This document shows positions 29,755 to 40,365 of a stretch of DNA of 64,000 nt, in pieces. The notes below the pieces were generated by a model. It saw only the letters and a list, made by a program, of their open reading frames with translations. It had not been told where the DNA came from and did not search any database. A program made the position numbers and the translations under genes. This DNA is from Candidatus Latescibacterota bacterium (GTDB lineage Bacteria > Latescibacterota > UBA2968 > UBA8231). Numbering within the stretch: the first letter of the stretch is position 1; each line of letters begins with the position of its first letter. The stretch spans positions 4,608,001 to 4,672,000 of the forward strand of contig OZ252098.1 of assembly GCA_965248355.1 (NCBI GenBank), given 5' to 3'.

Positions 29755-30435
29755 CTACTCCAGCCCGGCGCGGATCTCCTCGATCCAGGCGACGACCTGT
29801 TTCACCTTGGAGGTGAGCCCGGCGTAGTCGCGGCTGGCCACGATTTCCCGCGTCACCAGGTTGGAGCCGATGCCGACGCAGGCGACGCCGGCGGAGAGCC
29901 AGGCCTCCAGGCTCTCGCGGGTGGCGTCGACGCCGCCGGTGGGCATGATGCGCGTCCACGGGCAGGGGCCGAGGACGGACTTGACGAAGGCGGGGCCGCC
30001 GACCTCGCCGGCGGGGAAGACCTTGACGATCTCCACCCCCAACTCCTCGGCCCGGGCGATCTCGGAGACGGTGCCGCAGCCGGGGGAGTAGGCGACCTTG
30101 CGGCGGTTGCAGAGGCGGGCCACCTCGGGGTTGAGGAGGGGTCCGACGACGAAGTCGGCGCCGCTGGAGATGTAGAGGCCGGCGGTGGGCGCGTCGACGA
30201 TGGAGCCTACGCCCAAGATGATGTCCAGGTCCTCGGCCACGATCCGCTCCATGGCCTCCACGAAGACCTTCCAGGCGAGGTCGCCGCGGTTGGTGAACTC
30301 GACGCAGCGGGCGCCGCCGTCGGCGCAGGCCTTGATGATGTCGATGGCGATCTGGGGGTCCTTGTTGTAGAACACGGGCACGACGCCGATGTCGCCCATG
30401 GCGCCGAGGACGGTCATGCGGTCGTATCTGGCCAT
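29755..30435 (-). CDS. eda: KHG/KDPG aldolase
   Basis: VEFTNR, GVGSIVD, YSPGCGTVSEI, VKVFPA, MPTGGV. Confidence 0.92.
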   Translation of the reverse strand: MARYDRMTVLGAMGDIGVVPVFYNKDPQIAIDIIKACADGGARCVEFTNRGDLAWKVFVEAMERIVAEDLDIILGVGSIVDAPTAGLYISSGADFVVGPLLNPEVARLCNRRKVAYSPGCGTVSEIARAEELGVEIVKVFPAGEVGGPAFVKSVLGPCPWTRIMPTGGVDATRESLEAWLSAGVACVGIGSNLVTREIVASRDYAGLTSKVKQVVAWIEEIRAGLE

Positions 30436-31190
30436 CAGTAGGGAGCCGGGGTGTCGGGGTAGTGGTGGAAGGCGTCCTCGCCGCGCAGCAGGACCGGGCG
30501 CCAGGCGAGGCCTACGGAGTTGGCCTGCACCTGGCGGGCCTGGGGCGGGATGTAGCGCACCGTGAGACCGCAGCGCCGCCGCTGCGAGAGGTTCGGTTGG
30601 CTGGCGTGGAAGAGCTGGCCGTTGTGGATGGAGATCTGCCCGGCCTTCAGCTCCAGCGGCACGGCCTGGCTCGAGTCGACCAGCTCGTCGGGGATCTCCT
30701 GGTTGATGCTCAGCAGGTTGCCGCCGCGGTCGGAGGTGCCGTGCTCGGCGATGCCCTCCCGGTGGGACCCGGGGATGACCTGCATGCAGCCGTTGTCCAC
30801 GTCGGCGTCGTCCACGGCGATCCAGGCGGTGTGGGCCTCGGGCGGCTCCAGCCCCCAGTAGGTGATGTCCTGGTGCCAGGCGACGAACTTCGTCGAATCG
30901 GGGTCGGGGTACTTGCAGAAGAAGTGGGTGGACAGCAGCATGATGTCGTCGCCCATGCAGGCCGCCATCGACTCGACGATGCGCGGGTCGCTGGCCATCT
31001 GCCAGATGAACTCCTCGTCGAAGTGGCGGCCCTGGAGGCCGATCTGGCACTTCTCCCGGCCTTCGCGGGCCTCGAGGTCGTCGAACTGCCCGCGGAAGGC
31101 GGCGATCTCGGGCTCGGTGAAGATGTCGAGGCGGGTGACGAAGCCGTCGCGTTGGTACGTGGCGGCCAGGTCGGTGGTGGTGACGGTCAT
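30435..31190 (-). CDS. Phytanoyl-CoA dioxygenase (PhyH) family protein
   Basis: WHQD, WIAVDDADVDNGCMQVIPGSH, HASQPN, RR. Confidence 0.92.
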   Translation of the reverse strand: MTVTTTDLAATYQRDGFVTRLDIFTEPEIAAFRGQFDDLEAREGREKCQIGLQGRHFDEEFIWQMASDPRIVESMAACMGDDIMLLSTHFFCKYPDPDSTKFVAWHQDITYWGLEPPEAHTAWIAVDDADVDNGCMQVIPGSHREGIAEHGTSDRGGNLLSINQEIPDELVDSSQAVPLELKAGQISIHNGQLFHASQPNLSQRRRCGLTVRYIPPQARQVQANSVGLAWRPVLLRGEDAFHHYPDTPAPY

Positions 31191-31283
31191 GAGGCAGCTC
31201 CTGCGAGGGGGTGAGCACGGCGAGTATAGGCGTCGGGGATCGAGACGGTCAACGGAGCGCGGCAGCATGGAAGGAGGAGGAAG

Positions 31284-32531
31284 GTGAGCACGGAACCGCT
31301 GGTGAACGAGCAGTTGCTGGAGCACGAGGAGTACTTCGCTTCCCCCGGCCGAAGGGAGGAGCTGACGGAGATGTTCGGCTTCGAGCGGCGGCTGCTGCTG
31401 CTCGGGGAGGGGGCCGCGAGCCAGTTGCCGGAGGAGGGCCGGCGCCTCGGCGCCGGGTCGGTGATGGTCGTCCACGACGCTGCCGTGGAGGGGGTGGCCG
31501 CCCCCGTGGTCGAAGGGTTGCGAGAGGCCGGCATTCGGATCGCCGACACCTTCACCGGGATCGTGCCCAACCCGACGGTGGCCTCCGTCGACGCCCTGGC
31601 GGCGGCGGTGGCGGGCAGCGGCGTCGAGGCGGTGGTCGCCATCGGGGGAGGCAGCACCATGGACACCGCCAAGGTGGGGGTGTGCGTGGCGACCTGCGGC
31701 GGTTCCGCGGCCGACTACTTCGGCTTCGACCTCTTCGAGCGGGGGCCGCGCTGGCCGCTGATCTGTCTGCCCACCACCGCCGGCACCGGCGCCGAGGCCA
31801 GCTGCGTGGCCGTGGTCGTGGGCGAGGGCGGCAAGCAGGCGGTCTTTTCCGAGCACATCCAGCCCGCCGCCGCCATCGTCGACCCGCGGCTGTCGGCGGG
31901 CATGCCGCCGGCCCTGACGGCCACCACCGGTCTCGACGCCCTCGGCCACGCCCTGGAGTGCACGGCCTCGAAGAAGAGCGGCCCCCTGGGCGACGCCGTG
32001 GCCCGCGCCTCCCTCGCCGCGGGTCTGCCCCACCTGCGGCGGGCCATCGAGCACGGCGCCGGCGACCCCGAGGCCCGCCGGCAGATGTGCCGCTGCAGCC
32101 TGCTGGCCGGCCTGCTGCTGAGCCCGATCAACACCGGCGCCGCCCACGCCCTGGGCTACGGCATCGAGAAGCTCTCCCACGAGAAGGGCCGGCCCGTGCC
32201 CCACGGCACGGCGGTGGCCCTGGTCCTGCCGGGGGTGATGGAGCACAACGCCCCGGCCGCGGCCGACAAGTACTACTACGCCGCCGGCGCCGCCGGCCTG
32301 GACTTGTCGGGGAAGAGCCGCGAGGCAGGGGCGCGCCTGGCCGCCGGCTGGATCGACGACGTGCGCCGCCGCCACACCCCCTTCGCCTCCCTGGCCGACG
32401 CCGGCCTCGGCGAGGCCGACCTGCCGCGCATGATCGAGGTGGCCCTGCAGGTGCGCCGCCTCCTCGACCCCAACCCGGTGGAGGTGACGGCGGCGGACGC
32501 GGAGCGGATCTACCGGGGCGTGCTCGCCTGA
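31284..32531 (+). CDS. Iron-containing alcohol dehydrogenase
   Basis: GGGSTMDTAK, PTTAGTGAE, DALGHALE, AHAL, HGTAVA. Confidence 0.92.
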   Translation: MSTEPLVNEQLLEHEEYFASPGRREELTEMFGFERRLLLLGEGAASQLPEEGRRLGAGSVMVVHDAAVEGVAAPVVEGLREAGIRIADTFTGIVPNPTVASVDALAAAVAGSGVEAVVAIGGGSTMDTAKVGVCVATCGGSAADYFGFDLFERGPRWPLICLPTTAGTGAEASCVAVVVGEGGKQAVFSEHIQPAAAIVDPRLSAGMPPALTATTGLDALGHALECTASKKSGPLGDAVARASLAAGLPHLRRAIEHGAGDPEARRQMCRCSLLAGLLLSPINTGAAHALGYGIEKLSHEKGRPVPHGTAVALVLPGVMEHNAPAAADKYYYAAGAAGLDLSGKSREAGARLAAGWIDDVRRRHTPFASLADAGLGEADLPRMIEVALQVRRLLDPNPVEVTAADAERIYRGVLA

Positions 32532-33163
32532 TCCAGCGCCCAGGCGATGCCGTTGCGCACCAGGCGCAGGAAGTCCAGCTCCCAGAAGTCGCGCTGGTGG
32601 CCGAGGGAGGTGCAGAAGGCGCGTCCGGCGCGCTCGCAGGTCCAGGCCACCGGCTCGCAATGCTCGTCCTCCCGGCCGATGAGCAGGGTCCTCGTGTCCG
32701 CGGCCAGGGGCGTGTTGCGGTAGAGGGAGCCGTAGGCCTCGAAGGGCTCCACCTCCTCCAGGACCGGGTGCCCCTCGGCGCCGTCGGCCACCGTCACCCG
32801 GGTGATCCCGCCGGCTCCGAAGTGCCCCTCGTAGTTCCCGCCGAGGACCTGCGCGTCGAACTCGAGCCAGTGCTGGAAGGCGTGGCTGGCCGTGCGCAGG
32901 CCGACCACGGGGCGGCCGTCACGGCAGTAGCGCTGGAAGCGCTCCAGCTCGGCGCCGGCGGTGAGCAGCCGCCGCGTGAAGAGCACCACGGCGTCGGCGC
33001 CGTCCAGCGGCTCGAGGGAGAGCTGGTCGTCCTCGCTCCGGAAGATGAGCAGCTCACAGGACCAGGGGGCGTTGGCCAGCAGGTAGTCGCGCAGGATGAC
33101 GAGGGACTCCTCCGAGTCGTACTCGAAGGAGCCGGAGATCAGCAGCAGGCGGGCGCCGCTCAC
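32510..33163 (-). CDS. ThuA domain protein
   Basis: GTGA overlap; VVLFTRR, VVGLRTASHAF, PVAWT, FCTSLGH. Confidence 0.85.
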   Translation of the reverse strand: MSGARLLLISGSFEYDSEESLVILRDYLLANAPWSCELLIFRSEDDQLSLEPLDGADAVVLFTRRLLTAGAELERFQRYCRDGRPVVGLRTASHAFQHWLEFDAQVLGGNYEGHFGAGGITRVTVADGAEGHPVLEEVEPFEAYGSLYRNTPLAADTRTLLIGREDEHCEPVAWTCERAGRAFCTSLGHQRDFWELDFLRLVRNGIAWALDQASTPR

Positions 33164-34110
33164 GGCAGGATCTCGATGGACCGCGGCTCGGTGGGGCGGT
33201 CCCGGCGCCGCGGCCGCTGGGTCAGGGGGATCCGCTCCAGGGCCGTCACCCACTCGCGGCGCCACTGCTCGAAGTCGGTCAGCTCCGACTCCGGCCGGGC
33301 GCGGCTGCGGGCGATGAAGGCCGGGTAGTCGTCCCGGCCGGTGGGGGTGCCGGCCCGCTGGTAGCGCAGGTCGAGGCTCCAGCGGATCCCGTCGGTGCGG
33401 TTCTCGGTGGAGCGGTGCGGGATCAGCTTGTCCATGAGCAGCACGTCGCCGGCGCGCATGGGCAGGGTGACAGCCTCGCCCGCGGGCAGGTTCTCGTCGC
33501 TGACGCCGAAGCCCCCGCCCCAGTAGACGAGGCGCTGCCGGTGCACCCCGGGGATCACCTGCAGGCAGCCGTTGGCCGGTGTCGCGTCGACCAGGGGGAC
33601 CCACACGGTGACGATGGCGTGCGGGTCGGCGGCCTCCAGGTGCACCTGGGCGTCCTGGTGCCAGGGCGCCACGTTCTCGCCCACCATGGCATCCCGCTTC
33701 TGCCGGCCGTCCTCGTCATCGGCGGCCCGGCGCAGCGAGTCGGGGAGCTTGGCCCGGGCGTGCTGGATGGGGCTGCAGGTGATCTCGGGGCCGACGATCC
33801 CCTCGACCAGATCGAGCAAGCGCTCGTTGCGCAGGAACTTGAAGACGCCCCGCAGCCGGCAGTACATCAGGTCGATGCGGTCGTAGATGCTGGTCTCCTG
33901 CTCGCAGATCCGGGCCAGGCGGCGGTGGAAGGGCTCCTCCTCCCAGAGCCGCGTCAGGGCGCCGGCCGCGTGCAGGCGGCGCGCCTCGGCGTCGATGAAG
34001 CGCTCGTAGTCCGCGATCACCGGGGCCAGGTCGCCGGCGGTCAGCCCACCTTCGACCACGACGTACCCCTGCTCGTCATAGTGCTGCCGCTGTCGGCTCG
34101 TGAGGCTCAT
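33160..34110 (-). CDS. PhyH family dioxygenase
   Basis: PWHQD, WVPLVDATPANGCLQVIPG, PHRSTEN, RWSLDLRY. Confidence 0.9.
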   Translation of the reverse strand: MSLTSRQRQHYDEQGYVVVEGGLTAGDLAPVIADYERFIDAEARRLHAAGALTRLWEEEPFHRRLARICEQETSIYDRIDLMYCRLRGVFKFLRNERLLDLVEGIVGPEITCSPIQHARAKLPDSLRRAADDEDGRQKRDAMVGENVAPWHQDAQVHLEAADPHAIVTVWVPLVDATPANGCLQVIPGVHRQRLVYWGGGFGVSDENLPAGEAVTLPMRAGDVLLMDKLIPHRSTENRTDGIRWSLDLRYQRAGTPTGRDDYPAFIARSRARPESELTDFEQWRREWVTALERIPLTQRPRRRDRPTEPRSIEILP

Positions 34111-34283
34111 GGCTATTCTTCGCTCCGCGCGTCCGTCGTCCTCACGATACCCCGCCTCGCCCCGGCCGGCAAAGGCCCCCCCTTGCAGCGTGATACCCAC
34201 CAGAGTCCGCCGCCCCGTGGCGGATCACGCCATACCTCGGGCGGTCCTTGCCCCGGCCCCGGGCCGTTGACTACCCTCGCGCC

Positions 34284-35039
34284 ATGACCTCACCGGACAC
34301 CACGGAGGCCGTCGAGCACCTCGACACCTACGGCTACTGCCTGCTCCCTGGCCTCGTGCCCGCCGAGCTGGCCCGCGGCCTGGCGGAGCGCTGCCTGGAG
34401 CTGCACGCCGAGGAGCGCTGCCGGCCGTTCGTCGTCGGCGACGAGCACTACCAGACCCTCTTCGGGATGCTCAACCTCGACGACCGCACCTGGCCGCTGG
34501 CCTTCCATCCGGCGGCCGTGGCCGTGGCCCGCCACTTCCTGGGCCCGCGCTGCCGCGTGGTGGAGGCCTGCTCCAAGCCGACCTGGCCGGGCGCGCCGCA
34601 CCAGCCCCTGCACGTCGACTCGGCCGGGCACTTCAACGAGCTGCCGGGCGTGCCCTGGATGATCAACTCCATCTGGATGCTCACCGACTTCACCCACGAC
34701 AACGGCGCCACCGGGGTCGTGCCCATGAGCCACCGCTCCGGCCTGCGGTCGCCGCCGCCCGATCTCGACCTGGACGGCCCCCTCGTGCGCACGGTCACCG
34801 GCACGGCCGGCAGCCTGCTCATGTGGCACGGCGGCGCCTTCCACATGGCCCGGGCCAACACCGGCTCCAGCGCGCGCGTCGGTCTCAACGTGGCCTACTA
34901 CCCGAGGTGGTTCAACAACTGGATCGAGAACAACCACCAGCCCGTCTGGCCGGAGACGTTCGCGCGCATGCCGGCCGAGATGCGGGCCCTGTGCACGGGC
35001 CGGCAGGGCCGCAGCCGGGACGAGGCGTACGAGGGCTGA
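34284..35039 (+). CDS. PhyH family dioxygenase
   Basis: PLHVD, IWMLTDFTHDNGAT, HMARAN. Confidence 0.9.
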   Translation: MTSPDTTEAVEHLDTYGYCLLPGLVPAELARGLAERCLELHAEERCRPFVVGDEHYQTLFGMLNLDDRTWPLAFHPAAVAVARHFLGPRCRVVEACSKPTWPGAPHQPLHVDSAGHFNELPGVPWMINSIWMLTDFTHDNGATGVVPMSHRSGLRSPPPDLDLDGPLVRTVTGTAGSLLMWHGGAFHMARANTGSSARVGLNVAYYPRWFNNWIENNHQPVWPETFARMPAEMRALCTGRQGRSRDEAYEG

Positions 35040-35044
35040 GGAGG

Positions 35045-35440
35045 GACCCGCACCGGCTGATTCACCGTGGCCCTGGCGGAGATCCTGCGGTCGGTGGCCG
35101 GGTCCGAAACCGCGGTCCACGCCGTCGAGCCCGGCGCCCGACCCTGCCACTGCCAATCCGTGGCCGACAGACTCCCGTCCGGGTCCATCAGCGTCGCCGT
35201 CCGGGCCTCGTCGACCCGCGGCGGCGTCGGCGAAAGATCCACGCGGCCCTCTTCCTCGATGTTGGTCACCGTCACCGCGTAGTCGGTGACGGCCTGCTGA
35301 CTGTCCACGGCCCGCACCGTCACTTGGTAGGTATTGCCCTGGGAACCGGCCGGCGCCTCGAAGTCGGGTCCGGGTTGCGAGGGGTCGAAGCCGAGCATGC
35401 CCACGCTGGAGATGCTGAACCGCTCCGCATCGGCGCGCGA
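35045..35440 (-). pseudogene. Cadherin-like domain fragment
   Basis: 'PDFEAP....NTYQVTVRAVD....VTVTNIEEEGRVDLS...ATLMDPDG....WQW'; lacks its own start and end. Confidence 0.7.
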
Positions 35441-35624
35441 ATGGGGATCTCCTCGTCATATACATCTGTGGTTCTTCCGTCAGGATCAGGATTGGCGAAA
35501 ACATCTCGGCCAATTCCCTTTTGTCCTCATCACTGATCCCAGCCGTTTCCTCAGATATCAGCATGGCAAGGAGAAGCGCGACAATGATAGTTCGCATGGA
35601 TTGATAATATCCTTTTCTTGACAT
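35440..35624 (-). pseudogene. N-terminal fragment of a secreted protein
   Basis: MRTIIVALLLAML...DKRELAEMFSPILIL, then lost; lower GC. Confidence 0.5.
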
Positions 35625-36256
35625 TCAAAAGCGTAACGTAGCGATGGAGATAAACCCTCGTTTGTGTTGCAGGAGCAGACCGACCAAGATTTGACGGTTT
35701 TCAGGAGAATCGAGCACAGGCGAGTGTGGATTACGCCATAGTTCTGACGCAATCGTTGAACCAATAATAGGACCCAAGAACGCACTCAAGAGTAATAACG
35801 GCCCAGCAAATTCCTCGTCTCGGAAAGTAGATCCTAAAGCAAAAGGCACTCCTACCCCCCCCCCCCCCCCCCCCCCCCCCCCACACTGCCCGCGAGTGTA
35901 ATGCGGAGATTATCATGGGGATCAACTGCGCTCACCCCAACCGCGGTTCCAACCACGTTACCACCCCAAAACCCCATAAGGGCAGGAATCTCCCAACCAA
36001 AACTGCCGTCGTCGATTCCCACCATGATGGCCGCTCCTGCGAGACCGCCAGCCACGCCCCCTAGCGCGCCGGCTAGGCATTTTTTGTCAATGCGGTCATC
36101 GTAGCCTTTTTCTCTCTTCCTTTCTTCTTGCTTCGGCGGGCTGTTCTGTCCAGCAGTGCCCCCCTCGCCGCTTCTCTTGGCCGCCGCCTCCTGCGCCGGC
36201 CACAGCAGCGCCAAGCCGATGCTTGGGATGACAACGAGTCGTCGCAGTGGTCGCAT
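35625..36256 (-). pseudogene. Glycine-zipper membrane protein interrupted by a G28 tract
   Basis: Signal peptide, GxxGG helices, 'GTAVGV'; continues in ORF 35625..35849 after the tract. Confidence 0.65.
35855..35882. repeat. C28 homopolymer (G28 on the coding strand)
   Basis: Counted directly. Confidence 0.95.
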
Positions 36257-36270
36257 GCGGATCGCCTCTT

Positions 36271-37169
36271 TCAGATGGTGCGGTTGGGGCCGGAGCGGTG
36301 CTGGATCAGGCCGTGGTGGAAGGAGCAGCCGCCGGCCCGCAGGGTCACGGGCCGCTCCCGCTCCCGGTCGATGGCGGCGTCGGGGATCTTGTCCTTGCGC
36401 TCGCCCACCATCCACGCCTCGCTGTGGTCGACGGCGCCGAGCTTATGCGCGGCCCGTTTCGGAACGTACAGGTATTCTACGTCATTGGTCAGATTCTGAA
36501 CCTGGTAGAACAGAGGATCGGCCGGATAGCCGGGCAAACGAGCCCACAGCGACGACCAGCGTGTCCAGGTGCTGCCTTCGTCGTTGCTGCGCCGGTAGGA
36601 ATAGTACCTGACCGGAGGCCCGCTCACCGGCGCCGGCGTCCAGCTCAGAGACACGTACTCATCCCGCCCCGTCGCCGCCAGGGTGAACGGGCCGGCCGGG
36701 GTCGCCTGGGCCGGGGCCGGATCGCCGGCCGCCGCCGGGTTCACCGCCCACAACTCGAAGGTATACGGCGTGCCGTTGTCCAGTCCGACAGAGGGGAAAC
36801 ATCCACCACGGAGTTGCCCGAAAGGCGAAGCCAGGCAAGGCGGGTCAGCGCAGAGAGCGGCGTCACATCCGAGATGTCGTTGCTGTTGTCCCAAGGTTCC
36901 TGGGTAGCCTCCGACCCCAGGTCCAAACGGGTCAGACCGGTCGCATACTCCAAACCGGACAAATCGTCAATGCCCGCGTCGGGGGCCTCCAGGACGGTCA
37001 GCGTCGCCAACTCGGACGCAGTGATCGGATCGCCTGACGCCAGGCCGAGGCTGTCCTCCAGCACCGCCCGCAGGGCAGCGTCCGGCACCGTCACCGTCTG
37101 CGCCCAACTGGGCGGTAGGTCCATCAAGGTCAGTCCAACCATGAGTAGCAAGATTCTGCAACTGCGCAC
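36271..37169 (-). pseudogene. Chimeric remnant: signal peptide + internalin-like LRR, fibronectin-III fragments, PhyH C-terminal fragment
   Basis: 'VPDAALRAVLE..LSGLEYATGLTRLDL..NDISDVTPLSALT'; 'GLDNGTPYTFELWAVN'; 'TLRAGGCSFHHGLIQHRSGPN'. Confidence 0.75.
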
Positions 37170-37294
37170 GGTTTTTCTTCTCCTCTATCTGCTTGGCGAT
37201 AGTGTGGGTTGAAGCAGGGAAAAACCGCCCTGCTTGCAGAATGACAAACGCTGAGGAAGGCCCGGTCCCATATCTCAAGTAGTGGGAGCGATGC

Positions 37295-38194
37295 TCATTG
37301 TGCAAAGCTGGCCTTGATCTGTCCCCAGCTCGTGCTCCGGACAGGCGTCCGAGCGTCACCCAGCGGCAACAGCATCCAGTCCATGAGGGCGGAGCTGTCA
37401 TACACCCGGGGGTCCATGTAGCTCTCGTAGGGCGGTAGGGGAGGGGGCCAGGTCTCGAGGCCAGGCCCCCCCCCGTGCGCCATACGGTGCCACCATCAGC
37501 GACGGGTGCACCAGCACGTTGAAGTACCGACTCCACCACTCGGCGGTCAGGGTGGCCTCGGTGCCGTGCTCGCCAACAAGAGTGTAGCCGTCGGGGCAGC
37601 AGGAGTAGGGCTCCTTGTCATGCCAGCTGGCGTTGCTCGTCCACATCCAGTGCCAGCGGGTGCCCCCGCTAACGGGCGGGAAGCCGAACCAGGACTCTTG
37701 GCCGTGGCGGCCGATCAGTCGCCTTCTTTGCTCGCGATCGTGAGAGTCGTGAGGTTCGCCGGGGGGGGGGGGGGGGAGTGATGCCACCACTGTGGTCTGC
37801 GTCGACGTGGACCTCGAAGCTGTCGTCCCCGCCGCAGAGGCCGGGGGACACATAGAACTGGTCACGGTCGAACAGATCGTCGTAGCGATGCTGGGCGAAG
37901 TAGAGACGGTCGGTCTCGTCGTTCCAGGCGACGGTGAAGCGCACCGTGAGGTCCGCCGGGTCGGCCTCGGTGCCGGGTCGGCCGGCTTCCTCCCCCTCCG
38001 GCGCCCAGGGTACTCAGATCCAGCCACAGGCTGTCCGGCACCACCTCCCACTCGGACAGATCCCCGTCGAGGGTCGGCAGCATGTCCGCCGGCCACTGCC
38101 AGATACCGCGGACCGTGCCCTGGAGCACGTGGGCCTGCGTTGGGCCGAGGCCCAGAAGAATCACGGCCAAGGTGAGCTGTTCTCTGATGGTCAT
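37295..38194 (-). pseudogene. Secreted CBM9/DOMON-like protein with SWGQIK tail; several frameshifts
   Basis: 'PTLDGDLSEW', 'VAWNDETDRLYF', 'DDSFEVHVDADHSGG', tail 'TPVRSTSWGQIK'; G16 at 37761-37776 and C9 at 37466-37474. Confidence 0.7.
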
Positions 38195-38957
38195 GTCCCC
38201 CTCTTTGAGACAGGCTCTCCCAGGGCTGGGGAGTCCTGTGCATGGAACGACGCTGTCAGTGGCGTCAGCTTCACGATGGAGTTGTCGGCCAGATCCGGCC
38301 AAGCCAGGCGGTCAGCCCCGAGCGCGGCGACAGGTCGGAGATGTCGTTCGGGCCCTCTCCCAGGACCAAGTGGGTCAGTCCGGTGCGTCGTCCTGCGCCC
38401 AGCCGGCCGGCAGGGAAATCCCGATACCGCGCATGGTCTTCGGCTCCTCAATCTGTCAAGGTCCGGCCTACCGCAGACGGTGCTCTATCGCGCCCCAGGA
38501 CGCCCCTCCGAGAGGCGGAGGGAACGGGGGGAGCGTCCCCAGGTCAAAGGCCTCCGGCGGTGTTCTCCCGGGCCGATTCGCGTCTGCGTACTGCAAACTC
38601 CGTGCCGCTTTCCGAATCAGAAGGGCAACTTATTGTAAACAGAGGCTGTAAACGGAGGTCTAACAAGGACTTGGACGAAGTAGCCAGGAGTGTGTGTAGC
38701 AATTTGCGACTGAAGACGCAATTTGCAACCCATTGGCAGCGTCCTCATCGTCTTCGGGAGCCCTTGCGAGGCGTATGAAACCTGCGGCGGGGGCCAACGT
38801 CGCTCTATGGTCGCCCGTAGCGTGGCGCACGCCCCGACGTGCTCCTTGACGAGCAGGGCGCGAGGTTCTGGAGATGCTGGTCCGCTTCTGCACGACGGAA
38901 GCGACGCCGTGAGACCGGTTCTTTCCTACCCTTCGGGTGTTCCTGGAAGGAGATCCC

Positions 38958-39617
38958 ATGCGCCTGACACCGCAGCAGCTCAACTTCATGGAGACCTTCG
39001 GGTTCCTGCACTTCCCCGGCCGCATCGAGGACCGCATCGAGGCCGTCATCGAGGCCTTCGAGGGGGTCTGGGCATCCCAGGGCGGCGGCCACGACGGCCG
39101 GCCCCACGACGGCACGGGGCGCTCCTGCATCGTGCCCTTCGCCGGGCAGAGCGAGTACCTCTCCAGCCTGCTCGACGACCCGCGCATCGACGGCATCCTG
39201 GGCAGCCTGCTGGGCGACGACTACGTCTACCTCGGCAGCGACGGCAACTATTACGTGGGCGACACCGCCTGGCATTCCGACGGCGGCTGGCCGCGCCCCA
39301 TCATCTACTACAAGATCGCCTTCTACCTCGACCGGCTGACGCGCGGCAGCGGCGCCATCCGCGTGATCCCGGGCAGCCACCGCTACGGCGAGGGCTACTG
39401 CACTCGGCGCCACACCGAGGAAGAGCTGCCCATCATGCGGCAGGAGGTGGCCAACTTCGCCCGCTTCCTCACCGACTCCGTGTACGGGCGGGCCATGGTC
39501 GCCACGGCCCCGCCGGCGCGCATGCGCCACCTGGAGCAGCCCCTGGCCAACCAGGACCACCTGCCGGCGCTGTCGGCGCAGGCGCGCCGGGAGCGGGGCG
39601 TACCTTCCCCCGGCTGA
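38958..39617 (+). pseudogene. PhyH family dioxygenase with in-frame internal deletion
   Basis: WHSD and 'GAIRVIPGSH' present; the distal His strand is missing after GEGY. Confidence 0.75.
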
Positions 39618-40365
39618 TGATTGTCGACGCCCACAGCCACGTCTTCCCCGAGCCCCGGGGGCAGGTGCGGGAGGGGCCGACGCGGGACGGCGGATACGGG
39701 CGCATGCGGGTCGGCGGACGTCTGATGCAGCTCATGCCGCCCCTGAACCGGCGCACCGAGTTCACCACGGAGATGCTGCTGGCGAATCTGGACTGGGCGG
39801 GGGTGGACGCGGCCGTGCTGCTCCAGGGGACCTACTACGGCGAGTGCGATGGCTACGTGGCCGAGGCGGTGGCCGCGAATCCGGGGCGGCTCGTCGGCGC
39901 CCTGTGGTGCGACCCCTGGCGGCCGGGTTTCCGCCGCTACTCGGCGCCGGCAAGATCGAGTTCTCCGAGGGCACGGGGCTGATGGGAGTGCACCCCGGGG
40001 CGCGCCTGGACGACGAGGAGGTGCGGTGGCTGTGGCCGGCGCTGGAGGCGAGCGGCATGGTGCTCACCCTGGATCTCGGCCCCCCGGCCCAGGGGGCCTA
40101 CCAGACCGCGGCGGTGCGGGCCATCGCCGAGGCCCACGAGGGGCTGCGCGTCGTCATCACCCACCTGGCCCACCCGCGGATCGACGACGAGGACGACCCG
40201 GAGTTGCGCCGGCGCCGGGATGAGCAGCTGGCCCTCGGGGAGCGGCCCAACGTCTGGTTCGACTTCGCCTCCTTTCCGGCCCTGCTGGGCGGGGACCAGG
40301 CCCTGGTCCTGGGGGAGACGGCGCGGCAGGTCTACTTTGGAGAACGGAAGGGAGACGAGGGATGA
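39617..40365 (+). pseudogene. Amidohydrolase_2 family protein, deleted and frameshifted
   Basis: MIVDAHSHVF, AAVLLQG, VVITHLAHP, NVWFDFAS; lacks the WG(S/T)D region; frame switch near 39940. Confidence 0.8.

Noticed and set aside
38400..38600. c-di-GMP-I riboswitch-like words (GCCTCCGGC, TCCGGCCTA)
   Set aside because: The GGCAAAC/GNRA stem and the correct element order are missing.
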